From a virus, in UHGV virus genome UHGV-0311442: DNA of 64,000 nucleotides; one strand, given 5' to 3'. Position numbers and translations under genes: made by a program. Positions 9,446-18,262 of this stretch are shown here, piece after piece. The notes under the pieces are model-generated. The model ran no database searches, was not told the DNA's origin, and saw only the letters and a list, made by a program, of their open reading frames with translations. Within the stretch, counting starts at the first letter, position 1. Every line of letters starts with the position of its first letter.

Positions 9446-9480
9446 GTGAGAATTCTCACATAGATGAAATATATCTTAAA
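9446..9480 (-). promoter_or_regulatory. Conserved promoter-like motif, instance a
   Basis: Minus strand AGATATATTTCATCTATG-TGAGAATTCTCAC; about 30 nt upstream of the ATG at 9422. Confidence 0.45.
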
Positions 9481-9495
9481 TTTTTTAGACAATTA

Positions 9496-9816
9496 TCAGC
9501 ATAGCGCGATGTTAACCGACTTACCAGGTAGCGGGAAATGCTGAAGTTCTATCGATAGAAGTTTCCTGTCAATAGTCAGTATTTCATCAACGTTGGGCGT
9601 AAGACGGAATACAGCGCGCGGTAACGTGAATGGCACATTCGACGAGCAGTTGTTTAACAGTATCTGATCCTGAGAATAGTCAATTTCTACCACCCTCGCA
9701 ATTACCCAACGTTCGTGAATCTCACCACCTAGAGGTGCGGCGAGTACCCGTTGCAAGCGCTGTGAATTCGTTTCATCGGTATTAGTGTGGTTTTGGTTCG
9801 ACATAAGTTTCCCCAA
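9496..9816 (-). CDS. Hypothetical protein (106 aa)
   Basis: ORF; overlaps upstream gene. Confidence 0.45.
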   Translation of the reverse strand: MGKLMSNQNHTNTDETNSQRLQRVLAAPLGGEIHERWVIARVVEIDYSQDQILLNNCSSNVPFTLPRAVFRLTPNVDEILTIDRKLLSIELQHFPLPGKSVNIALC

Positions 9817-10117
9817 ACACGTATACGTGTTCAGTCACGTATGCAGATTCTGTTTCAAGCGTCGGTTTAGCGACACGCCACTTCCATGCGCCGGTTTCAG
9901 GATCTTGCCAGGACAACAAAAGAGAACCCTCACAAATTTCAGAGGTATCGACCTCAGGGTGGAACAACATGAATTCGTTTTCGTTGTCGTCCACTACGAC
10001 GAATTGGCCTTCTTCTACCCTTTCGAACTTAGCAACACCTACTACAGTTGCCGGTTCCCCAACGGTAAACACCATTTCTTGTTTTGGTAAATCACGGTGA
10101 ATCGCACTTAACCACAT
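9782..10117 (-). CDS. Hypothetical protein (111 aa)
   Basis: ORF; GAGGAA 9 nt upstream of ATG. Confidence 0.55.
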   Translation of the reverse strand: MWLSAIHRDLPKQEMVFTVGEPATVVGVAKFERVEEGQFVVVDDNENEFMLFHPEVDTSEICEGSLLLSWQDPETGAWKWRVAKPTLETESAYVTEHVYVFGETYVEPKPH

Positions 10118-10171
10118 TTAAGCTGTTCCTCAATTAATTTTTGTTTACGTGTGCATAATTAGACACGAAAG

Positions 10172-10212
10172 CGTAAAAATAAATACTCCCTCTCTCCAAA
10201 CGGAGAGAGGGA
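10172..10212 (-). terminator. Rho-independent terminator
   Basis: Same stem as at 9122-9145 (CCCTCTCTCC/GGAGAGAGGG) plus T-run; after the stop of 10217..10723. Confidence 0.8.
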
Positions 10213-10216
10213 AAGT

Positions 10217-10723
10217 TTACAGTACGTTTTCTTCGCGATCGTCTACTAAAATAGAAGTAATCACATAGCGCGCTAAGCGACTGCGTGCTTCTTCCGTTTC
10301 TTCTTCAGAAGGTAGCTGTTCGCCCGCAGGTGCACACAACGTTAGCCCAGACTCACGAAGCTGTTCGGTATAGTCTTCCACGGCGGAGTCGAACGTACCG
10401 CGAATACCTGCTACCGCATCCATAATCTCGTCGTTCGGAATAATGGATTCTTTTAGCACAGCGTGAGCATCCGTAGGCTCTACCATTTGCAGGTTCTGTT
10501 CTACCAGCAACGCCTGTTTCGCTAAGCTGTCGGTGATAAAGCAAGACAGAATCTTTTCGAAATCGTCTAACGAGAATTCGGTGTCTTCAGATGCCCCGGT
10601 AATCAGTTGCCCGTAGCGATTAAAGAATTCTTTACAACGTGTTTCGTAGTCAGCTTCTAAGTCGCGAACACCGAGATCAAAATCGTGCTGCTCAAGCTGA
10701 TTAAAATCCAGAGTCTCTTTCAT
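10217..10723 (-). CDS. Hypothetical acidic protein (168 aa)
   Basis: ORF with terminator downstream. Confidence 0.6.
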   Translation of the reverse strand: MKETLDFNQLEQHDFDLGVRDLEADYETRCKEFFNRYGQLITGASEDTEFSLDDFEKILSCFITDSLAKQALLVEQNLQMVEPTDAHAVLKESIIPNDEIMDAVAGIRGTFDSAVEDYTEQLRESGLTLCAPAGEQLPSEEETEEARSRLARYVITSILVDDREENVL

Positions 10724-10761
10724 CTCTAAGTCTCCAGTTAAGAGGTCATATTACCTGCTGG

Positions 10762-10989
10762 TTAGAGTGCCAACGTTAACCCGGTATGGGTTTCTACTGA
10801 ACCAACACCGTCACGCGCTTTTGCTTTGGCGATGAGTTTGTCAATCACGCGCTGATGGCTACGAGTAATGACTTTACCTGGATAACCGATAATCAGCACG
10901 TTCTCAGTATTAATAACCGCCGAGAATTCGTTATCACCTGCGACGTAAGTAATCTTTTTGTCTTTGGTTACAATACGTTTGATTTCCAT
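10762..10989 (-). CDS. Hypothetical small protein (75 aa)
   Basis: ORF in operon. Confidence 0.5.
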   Translation of the reverse strand: MEIKRIVTKDKKITYVAGDNEFSAVINTENVLIIGYPGKVITRSHQRVIDKLIAKAKARDGVGSVETHTGLTLAL

Positions 10990-10998
10990 TCAATGTCC

Positions 10999-11772
10999 TT
11001 AAAAGATAAAATGGCCAGTTAATGCTTCTACTTCAACACCAGACATTGCTGGAGGTGCTGAGTATGGAAAAGTAAGACGCACGGTTGCACCCTTTAAATA
11101 CGCAATACGGCAGTATGCGGTCAAGAGCGCATTCCCGTAAGTACGGTCGTTATAGAAGAAACCTTCGGTTGCAAACGTCTTTTCGTTGATTTTCGAATAG
11201 ACTAAAATACCTTCAACTTTACCGTCTTTACGACAGCACAGCCCTTCGGCAGCCCCAATAGCTAACAATCCCAGGGAGTACGTATCCAAACTGACATTAG
11301 CCACCTTAGGAATCGTAAACGTTTCTTCTAACGTTAGAGATTCAATGTCAACTACATCAGGTAAATCGGTGGGAACTTCGGGTTCTTCAGTAAACGTCAG
11401 GTCATAGTCGATAGACGTCGGCTGCATACCCAAAAACGCCATTAACTGATCACGATGATTTAGGTCATTGGCAGGGTAGGCGACATCAAACATCTCCACA
11501 TTTAACAACCGTTTGAGTTGTGCGAAATTGATGTTCTTCTTCGCAAACACAACGATTGCTGACATGTAGAAAATCTTACCGTCAGTGCGGCCGGAGAAGA
11601 TTCCTTGCAGCTGATTCGTGTTCGAAAGAATGATAAAGGTCGGATCTTCAGATTCGCGAATGACGTCCTTTTCCAGTAACCCTTTCCGTACACGGGTTAG
11701 TGAAACCATTTTCCCGTCCACACCAATTGCTAAATGGTCATTACGATAATCGTGGATATCCACTATGCGCAT
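10999..11772 (-). CDS. Hypothetical protein (257 aa), translationally coupled to dam
   Basis: Start overlaps the dam stop by 1 nt. Confidence 0.6.
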   Translation of the reverse strand: MRIVDIHDYRNDHLAIGVDGKMVSLTRVRKGLLEKDVIRESEDPTFIILSNTNQLQGIFSGRTDGKIFYMSAIVVFAKKNINFAQLKRLLNVEMFDVAYPANDLNHRDQLMAFLGMQPTSIDYDLTFTEEPEVPTDLPDVVDIESLTLEETFTIPKVANVSLDTYSLGLLAIGAAEGLCCRKDGKVEGILVYSKINEKTFATEGFFYNDRTYGNALLTAYCRIAYLKGATVRLTFPYSAPPAMSGVEVEALTGHFIF

Positions 11773-12587
11773 TAGAGCACTCCCAGTAATTCAGTCACTG
11801 TTTTCCGAGCGGCACCAGACGCACCCATATAGCGACCAACTTCAATACTACGCCACTCAAAACCGTAATAAATTTCTCGGGTGAGTAGGGTGTCTGCATT
11901 TGACAAAACGACGCTGTTGCCACGTTCCACCTGCTGCTGTAGTAACTTGGCTAATTCACGATGATCCGTTTGTGAGAATTCTTTACGGTGGTATTGCGCA
12001 TGTTTCGCGGTATCCGATAACGGAATATAAGGAGGATCAGCATAAATCACGGCATCCTCAGGTGTCCGTGCTAATACAGAACGAAAGTCCTCACAAACAA
12101 TTTCCAGATACTCAACTTCTGCGCAACGTTTAGCCCAATCCCGAATTTCTTCTAATGGATAATAAACGCCGTTCGGGTAACGTCCAAACGGAACATTGAA
12201 CCCACCACTACTGTTATAACGACACATCCCGTTATAACCGTGACGCATTAAGTATAAAAACATTGCAGCACGTTCAACTTCGGTCATCGTTTTACCGCTA
12301 TTAAACAGTTCACGACGTTCCATATACTTTACAGTGGTATTGCCGTCTAAGAACAACGGTTGCGATGCAGCGATCAGTTCTTCAGGCTGTTCACGCGCAA
12401 CACAAAGTAAGCGTATCAAATCGGGGTTAGAATCCGATAGAATATACCGGCTGTAATTCGTATTTAGGAAAACAGACCCTGCGCCCACAAACGGTTCTAC
12501 AAAGGTTGTACGTTTAGGTAAGACCTTTTGTAATTCACCCAAAACGCGCGTTTTCCCACCCATCCATTTAATTATCGGTTTCCGCAT
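11772..12587 (-). CDS. dam: DNA adenine (N6) methyltransferase, Dam family
   Basis: KWMGGK, FVEPFVGAGSVFLNT..SRYIL.D.N.DLI (SAM-binding motif I), FLYLMRHGYNGMCRYN..GGFNVPFGRY, catalytic DPPY; closely resembles E. coli Dam throughout. Confidence 0.93.
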   Translation of the reverse strand: MRKPIIKWMGGKTRVLGELQKVLPKRTTFVEPFVGAGSVFLNTNYSRYILSDSNPDLIRLLCVAREQPEELIAASQPLFLDGNTTVKYMERRELFNSGKTMTEVERAAMFLYLMRHGYNGMCRYNSSGGFNVPFGRYPNGVYYPLEEIRDWAKRCAEVEYLEIVCEDFRSVLARTPEDAVIYADPPYIPLSDTAKHAQYHRKEFSQTDHRELAKLLQQQVERGNSVVLSNADTLLTREIYYGFEWRSIEVGRYMGASGAARKTVTELLGVL

Positions 12588-13566
12588 TATATCCGCCTTG
12601 TAACGATGACACTTCGTCGACTAACACCAATTTGACATGATTTTTCTGACGCTCCCAACTGACGACGTTTTCGTCACGCACTAAAACAAATTCGTATTCG
12701 TAGGGGCGGAATTTAAATAATTCGACGGCCAGGTGCCTGAATGCAGGGTTGTTATTGAAACACCCTATCTCTAATGGTGCCGCTGTTGTCGATGCAATTT
12801 GTAGAGCACGATACAATAAAGTCCGTCCGATACCACGACCCCGATGTGTCTCACTTACCGCAATGGCTTTTAATTCACATTCGTTAAGATTACGCAATTT
12901 AACTTGCACCGCGCCCACAACATCGTTGCCGTCCATCCAAACGTAGGTGTGGTGGTTGACATGACGTACTAACTCCACCAACGTTTCGACTTGTGGCATG
13001 ATTTGACGTGAGCGACTCACAGGGTCAGCGTTGATGTTTTCAACGACACTCGTACCCAAAAGCAACATAAGCTGTTCACGTTGTGCAGCGGTTAGCTCTT
13101 TATAAAAATCGCCGGAAATGTTCTTCACGTTTGTTGGTAGAGCGATATCCAATAACGAGCGTGTACCTAAACGATACGTAGTGTGGGTGTGTCTAAATCC
13201 TAAGTCATTAAGCTCAGCGATTTCTTCTACACCACTGGCGATTCGATTAAGATACGTAAAACCGGTATAGTCGAGTACCAGTAGCAGGTTCAGTTTGTTC
13301 AAACAACCCGGTACAATTTCATGCATATACAAACAGTGTAACGTTGGGTCGCCGTAAATGTGTTTTGTGATGATAAACCCTTGGATTGTTTTTCCTTTTT
13401 GTAAAGAGAACGTATTCAGTTCACTATTGCACAACGCCTCACGAATCACCGCGCCGTTAGGGCCCGATAAACATGCCTGAAGTTGAGGGTTGCGAATATC
13501 TCTACGTGCTAACCGACCTACTGTTAAATCCGTGGCGGTATGTTTTATAATCTTCATAAAAGCCAT
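12568..13566 (-). CDS. Two-domain protein with C-terminal GNAT acetyltransferase domain (332 aa)
   Basis: C-terminal GAVQV...IAVSETHRGRGIGRTLL matches GNAT motif A. Confidence 0.6.
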   Translation of the reverse strand: MAFMKIIKHTATDLTVGRLARRDIRNPQLQACLSGPNGAVIREALCNSELNTFSLQKGKTIQGFIITKHIYGDPTLHCLYMHEIVPGCLNKLNLLLVLDYTGFTYLNRIASGVEEIAELNDLGFRHTHTTYRLGTRSLLDIALPTNVKNISGDFYKELTAAQREQLMLLLGTSVVENINADPVSRSRQIMPQVETLVELVRHVNHHTYVWMDGNDVVGAVQVKLRNLNECELKAIAVSETHRGRGIGRTLLYRALQIASTTAAPLEIGCFNNNPAFRHLAVELFKFRPYEYEFVLVRDENVVSWERQKNHVKLVLVDEVSSLQGGYNAETDN

Positions 13567-13616
13567 GTTAATTACTCCTTAAAAGGTCGTCTCAAAACAA
13601 TACGCTAAAGTTGTAA

Positions 13617-13648
13617 AAACAAAAAAGAAAGGGGAACCGAAGTTCCCC
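13617..13648 (-). terminator. Rho-independent terminator
   Basis: Stem GGGGAAC/GTTCCCC, loop CGAA, then T-run on minus strand. Confidence 0.75.
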
Positions 13649-13660
13649 AATTATTAAACA

Positions 13661-14332
13661 TCATGCAGAAGGGGCAGAGTTTGTAAAAGCAAGATTGGGT
13701 GTCAAGCCAGCTTTCCCTAATTTTTCATACAGGTAATTGAAAAATCTGAGATGGGCGTCGTAGTGGCCAGCCGCTACTCGCTGACCGTAAACTTCTACCA
13801 AGTCAGGCGAAAACTTAATATGGCAGTTTTGTCTAGAGAACAAAGGTTGTTGCACCCCACCCTTAATTAAGATGCGATACTTTTTACCGTCGTCTGTTAC
13901 GGCGTGAAGAATATTTGTACTGAAATGGAAATAGATAGAAGGGTTAAAACACAACCAGGTGGCGGCAGTGATTAGTAAGTCAGCTAACTTAACAGCGATT
14001 TTGTCAAGTTCAGGCCCTTCAAACTTATGCATTAACCGCAGAAGAATTTCAGTAATAACCGTGCCTGTAAGTAATTTGTCTCTATTGAGACCAGGTGCAA
14101 CCGCCAAAACATCACCATTATAAGTGCAGACAAGTGTGAATAAGTTGAAAGGCTGGTCTTGATAAAGTTCGAAAACCAGGTCAGTATACGGGCTAAAAGT
14201 TAAGAATTTCACCCCGAGTATTTCATTAACGCAGGGTAAAAGCTCAACTTTCACAGGCGGTTGTGCTTCGTTAACTTTAGTCTCGTTCTTTACAGTTTCT
14301 TCAATTACAGTTTTACCAATTTTCGGTGGCAT
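13661..14332 (-). CDS. Hypothetical protein (223 aa)
   Basis: ORF; AAGGAG 9 nt upstream of the gene below. Confidence 0.6.
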   Translation of the reverse strand: MPPKIGKTVIEETVKNETKVNEAQPPVKVELLPCVNEILGVKFLTFSPYTDLVFELYQDQPFNLFTLVCTYNGDVLAVAPGLNRDKLLTGTVITEILLRLMHKFEGPELDKIAVKLADLLITAATWLCFNPSIYFHFSTNILHAVTDDGKKYRILIKGGVQQPLFSRQNCHIKFSPDLVEVYGQRVAAGHYDAHLRFFNYLYEKLGKAGLTPNLAFTNSAPSA

Positions 14333-14353
14333 GATAATACTCCTTCAGGTTGA

Positions 14354-14713
14354 TTAGTGCGTTGCGGTGTTAGTGATAAAACGCACATTCTTCGTGGTGC
14401 GTTTAATGGACGTGTTTGCAACGTAGTCCAACGCTGATTCTACGTGAACGGTTACTGAGCAACGACCCTTAACGGAATTAAAACTAATCTGGTATTTCAG
14501 ACGAATCGCATCAGCAACTTTCATCATAATCGGCAAGCTTAAACGTTCTGAGTGATCGTTCTTAATAGACGAGATAACAGGTTGTGAAACTTTCGCAAGC
14601 TGGGCAAGTTCACGCTGGGTAATGTCTTTTGTGGTCAAGTGACGAATTACGTAAGACAAGTGAAGACCGAATTTACGTTTTGCCAGAACGATGGAATTGT
14701 GATTGTAAGCCAT
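14354..14713 (-). CDS. Helix-turn-helix DNA-binding protein (119 aa)
   Basis: ITQRELAQLAKVSQPVISSIKN is a typical XRE-type HTH; GGAG 9 nt upstream; promoter-like motif upstream. Confidence 0.6.
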   Translation of the reverse strand: MAYNHNSIVLAKRKFGLHLSYVIRHLTTKDITQRELAQLAKVSQPVISSIKNDHSERLSLPIMMKVADAIRLKYQISFNSVKGRCSVTVHVESALDYVANTSIKRTTKNVRFITNTATH

Positions 14714-14760
14714 TGTAAATACTCCTTTAGGTTAACAAGTCGGTGTAAAGAGTTAGTTGT

Positions 14761-14792
14761 AACTCTCATCTAAGTAAAATATATCTGAGAAA
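14761..14792 (-). promoter_or_regulatory. Conserved promoter-like motif, instance b
   Basis: Minus strand CTCAGATATATTTTACTTAGA-TGAGAGTT; between the terminator of tmk and the HTH gene. Confidence 0.45.
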
Positions 14793-14826
14793 AAATAAAA
14801 TATAGGTACCACCCAACGGTGGTACC
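14791..14826 (-). terminator. Rho-independent terminator
   Basis: Stem GGTACCACC/GGTGGTACC, loop CAAC, then T-run; after the tmk stop. Confidence 0.75.
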
Positions 14827-14833
14827 TAAGCGG

Positions 14834-15457
14834 TTAGTTTGCTAAAATGTGCGTAACAATCTCAGCGGCTTTCAAACGGTAATCGTCATTCTGCGTTACT
14901 GGTAATAATGCGTGAAGACAACCACCTTCTGTTAAGATGTGATGCGCGAAACGATAATGGTCGCGTAGGCCATCCCAACATTGATTGTCCATTAGATACT
15001 TAACCGTAAGTACCTCATCGTCCCAATTCTTACCTTGTTCTTCTACACGTTTCTTAAATCGCGCTAACGCTGTTGGGTAATCAACATCAGTCCAAACATA
15101 AAGGTCGGGTGCGTGGAAATGACGAGTTAGCTTACGTTGGAAAACTACGTCCTTGCCATCTGTCCCCTGATAAACAATCGTTGAAGGGCAAAAACGATCG
15201 AAAATGACGACATCGTACTCGTCAACAACATGGTCTAACGTGTGAAGGAAGTCATCACACATTGCTTCAGCAATTTTTGTTTTCGAAGCAGACTGTACAA
15301 CCAAGCTACGTGCACGAATACCCGCCTCGGTTTCAGACGTCGGATGGTTCCGAATACACACTTTTAATCCTGCGGACTCCAACATCGCTTTTACCATTTT
15401 ACACAACGTTGATTTCCCAGAAAAATCAGGACCATCAATAGACACGGTCTTAAGCAT
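14834..15457 (-). CDS. tmk: Thymidylate (dTMP) kinase
   Basis: P-loop IDGPDFSGKST and the Tmk-type DRF..S..VYQG motif. Confidence 0.8.
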   Translation of the reverse strand: MLKTVSIDGPDFSGKSTLCKMVKAMLESAGLKVCIRNHPTSETEAGIRARSLVVQSASKTKIAEAMCDDFLHTLDHVVDEYDVVIFDRFCPSTIVYQGTDGKDVVFQRKLTRHFHAPDLYVWTDVDYPTALARFKKRVEEQGKNWDDEVLTVKYLMDNQCWDGLRDHYRFAHHILTEGGCLHALLPVTQNDDYRLKAAEIVTHILAN

Positions 15458-15479
15458 TATTGTTTTACCTTTACGCGCT

Positions 15480-15510
15480 TTTAGATAAAAGGGGTGTAAA
15501 AAACACCCCT
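15480..15510 (-). terminator. Rho-independent terminator
   Basis: Stem GGGGTGT/ACACCCC then T-run. Confidence 0.7.
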
Positions 15511-15519
15511 TAGTTTTAC

Positions 15520-16134
15520 TTACAATTCAAAATATGTGGAAATTAAGCTCTCAAGGTTACGTTCTTCGTACACTTCCTTACTCGTAGGGTAACCGACGGT
15601 ATGGTATTTCGCTGTAAAAGAAATGGCCTTGTTTGCAACGACGTACCGGTCATCGATACTCACCTTTTCAGGATGCTTGAGGCTGAGCGTGACGGTACGT
15701 ATATGGGTCACCTCAAAATCTTTGATGATAACGCGATCTCTGTGTCGTGAGATAGCAAAATTGCTACTGCCCGCCACGAACTCCTCATAACCGCCGACCA
15801 ATTTAAGAGCTGCTAAACATGCAGTATAAGCGGGATATTTATCAGCCAATAGTTGTTCTTTTGTTACAAAGAGTTTATAGTCTTCCTCATCGCGAAGGTA
15901 TCTCAGCAATAATTGGGAACGGAATTTCGACAACAGTCTTTCGTACTGCGATTCCCAGAGTTTTCCATTTTCAGTGAAGAGATGACCAACGGTATACTTT
16001 AATTTCTCACCTTCATAAATCAAAAGCGAATTTTTCGAGACAAAGCCCGCATTCTTTCTATTTTCGCCAATTTCATTTTCAGCAACTTCAACTAAAGTGT
16101 AGTTGTTAGGGAGTTCAAAGCGCTTAATTTCCAT
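15520..16134 (-). CDS. Hypothetical protein (204 aa)
   Basis: ORF flanked by promoter-like motif and terminator. Confidence 0.6.
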   Translation of the reverse strand: MEIKRFELPNNYTLVEVAENEIGENRKNAGFVSKNSLLIYEGEKLKYTVGHLFTENGKLWESQYERLLSKFRSQLLLRYLRDEEDYKLFVTKEQLLADKYPAYTACLAALKLVGGYEEFVAGSSNFAISRHRDRVIIKDFEVTHIRTVTLSLKHPEKVSIDDRYVVANKAISFTAKYHTVGYPTSKEVYEERNLESLISTYFEL

Positions 16135-16169
16135 AATTTATCTCTCTTTAAATTGGTGAGTTACCGACT

Positions 16170-16202
16170 CACTACGGTTGTCACATTGATAATATCAATC
16201 TG
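16170..16202 (-). promoter_or_regulatory. Promoter-like motif, variant instance e
   Basis: Minus strand AGATTGATATTATCAATG-TGACA followed by inverted repeat GTGAGT..ACTCAC. Confidence 0.35.
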
Positions 16203-16217
16203 TAATAAAATTTAGGG

Positions 16218-16254
16218 TAAAAAAAAAGAAACCCGCCCCTACCGTTAAGTAGGG
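16218..16254 (-). terminator. Rho-independent terminator
   Basis: Stem CCCCTAC/GTAGGGG then a 9-nt T-run. Confidence 0.75.
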
Positions 16255-16262
16255 GTAAGGTT

Positions 16263-16868
16263 TTATTGGTGATCAACAATCGGACCACTCCACACTTCTG
16301 ACGTTTGTGGTGCGGTGAGGTTAGCAGCCTGTGCAGACGTTACGCACAGCAAGACTAACCCTTGTTTAGCAAGATAGTGTTGCATTCTTGCTGCCTCCAC
16401 GGAGGTGTCCACAATAACGAGCTCAGCGCCACGTAGAAGCGTTAGAGCCGCTTGTCCCTCCTGTGGCGTGGTTAAAGCATCACTGTCGTCCAGAATGCGT
16501 TTAAGGCGGTTATACGCCAACCCAGTTACATTACTCCGACCTGCACGAAGATCAACAACCATATCGTTATATTCCCCCACCACTTGTTGCGTCGAATTGG
16601 GATAAAATCGAAACGCGGCACGGCGGCGTTTACGACGCACCTCAGAAATCGCGCGTTGTAAAACCAGCAAAACGTATTTCGGTGCCGCTTCGCTATTCGG
16701 TCGACGCATCTTGGCTAAACGCGCAGCTAAATCCAAAATTTTCGTTAAGGGATAGCGATGTTTAAACCCGTCACGTTCGATAGTAACGCCACGTTTAGGC
16801 AACTTGCCCGTTTTGTTGATATACGATACTGTAATCAATAGTAATGAATCGAGAATCATCTCTGACAT
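16263..16868 (-). CDS. Hypothetical protein (201 aa)
   Basis: ORF. Confidence 0.55.
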   Translation of the reverse strand: MSEMILDSLLLITVSYINKTGKLPKRGVTIERDGFKHRYPLTKILDLAARLAKMRRPNSEAAPKYVLLVLQRAISEVRRKRRRAAFRFYPNSTQQVVGEYNDMVVDLRAGRSNVTGLAYNRLKRILDDSDALTTPQEGQAALTLLRGAELVIVDTSVEAARMQHYLAKQGLVLLCVTSAQAANLTAPQTSEVWSGPIVDHQ

Positions 16869-16882
16869 TACAAGGCCCTCTC

Positions 16883-17254
16883 TTAGAACCCCTCAAGAAC
16901 AGCTTTCACAAATTCGTAAACCGTGCGTCGGTGTTCTTCAAGCGGATAAACAAACTTAGAATAATCGTTGTTCCAGACAACCGGATAGAGGTCGCCATCA
17001 CAACTTAAATAGCTCTTACGAACCATGTAATAATCTAAACCTACACGGAAGTTTAACGACAGACTACCGTGTTTACTACAAACGTGTAACTGGAGCGATT
17101 TCACACCGTCGTGAGTTGGTGATTCAATCGTTTCCGCATACAATACATCCGAACACTGTTCTATAGCGCTAACGACATCTCTGAGGTTGTTGTCTGCATC
17201 GATGGTCGCTTTTCGGAGAGCGTCGGTGTATTGCTGAAGTTCTCGATAGAACAT
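16883..17254 (-). CDS. Hypothetical protein (123 aa)
   Basis: ORF; N-terminus overlaps the end of 17161..17793 by 94 nt. Confidence 0.45.
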   Translation of the reverse strand: MFYRELQQYTDALRKATIDADNNLRDVVSAIEQCSDVLYAETIESPTHDGVKSLQLHVCSKHGSLSLNFRVGLDYYMVRKSYLSCDGDLYPVVWNNDYSKFVYPLEEHRRTVYEFVKAVLEGF

Positions 17255-17793
17255 CCTGCTAATCTCCTGTCTCTACCGTATGGCAGAGGAAATGCTTTGT
17301 GTTCAAATTCTGCAACGACATACGCAGGATAGAACAAAAGGTATTTATAGAACGTAGACAACGTAACGTTTTTCTGGGTGGCTAAAAAGTAATTAAGATC
17401 GGGGTTGTCTGGAAAAGCAAAATGCAACCCTGTGTATACCTGACCTTTATACTCCCCATTAAAGGGTGTGACTGCACATCGTGGGTGTGTCGGCTCGACG
17501 TGTAACCAACGACTTCTTACGTGATAAACGCCACGGACTGTCGCGTTTCGTGTTTTACCCAAATAACGGCAACGGATATTCTTTTCCCACGCCGCACGTT
17601 GAGTGGGTGAACCCAGAGAAACAAACCGCGTTAAAGCTTCAGGTGTAAAGTAATCAAAAATGCCGGTCGGTAAACACCAACACGCTTTATCGATTCGTAC
17701 CACTCTCCAACCAGGACGAAAACCCACAGCGTAACGCTCTACACCAAAAGTATATCTAGACCCGTCATGAAACGGTACTAATCTTGCAGCCAT
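17161..17793 (-). CDS. Hypothetical protein (210 aa)
   Basis: ORF; C-terminal about 30 codons overlap the next gene. Confidence 0.5.
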   Translation of the reverse strand: MAARLVPFHDGSRYTFGVERYAVGFRPGWRVVRIDKACWCLPTGIFDYFTPEALTRFVSLGSPTQRAAWEKNIRCRYLGKTRNATVRGVYHVRSRWLHVEPTHPRCAVTPFNGEYKGQVYTGLHFAFPDNPDLNYFLATQKNVTLSTFYKYLLFYPAYVVAEFEHKAFPLPYGRDRRLAGCSIENFSNTPTLSEKRPSMQTTTSEMSLAL

Positions 17794-17794
17794 T

Positions 17795-18262
17795 TTAGAT
17801 TTCCTTTATCATTTCCCTGCATTCGGTACGGAATCCCATTTTCTCATACAAGGAGATAGCTTTAACGTTGTTGTCTAACACATCCAGACTCATCCAACCA
17901 CAACCTTTGGACTTTCCGTATTCACGAACTTTGTCCATAAGCGCACGTCCTACCCCTTGAGAACGTGCTTCGGGAATCACATAGTAGTTCCCAATATAAA
18001 CAAATGTGTCCTTCGAGCAAGAACCTATTGAGAACGTCATGAAACCCAGAAGTTGTTCGTTGTCATCCACGGCACACGCACAGAGATAATCTTGGGGCCA
18101 AATCTCTTCTAAGTGTTCAATTGGGTTGAACGTGTCGCGACCGGTTAACTGACTAATACGCACTTTTTCTTCTGCGAACAGCATGTTGTGCAGTTTGAGT
18201 ACCTGGTCGCCGTATAACTTTCCGTATTTACTGTCGGGTTTGAGAATAATAGTAATACGCAT
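17795..18262 (-). CDS. GNAT family acetyltransferase (155 aa)
   Basis: YVIPEARSQGVGRALM...GFR matches GNAT motifs A and B. Confidence 0.8.
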   Translation of the reverse strand: MRITIILKPDSKYGKLYGDQVLKLHNMLFAEEKVRISQLTGRDTFNPIEHLEEIWPQDYLCACAVDDNEQLLGFMTFSIGSCSKDTFVYIGNYYVIPEARSQGVGRALMDKVREYGKSKGCGWMSLDVLDNNVKAISLYEKMGFRTECREMIKEI

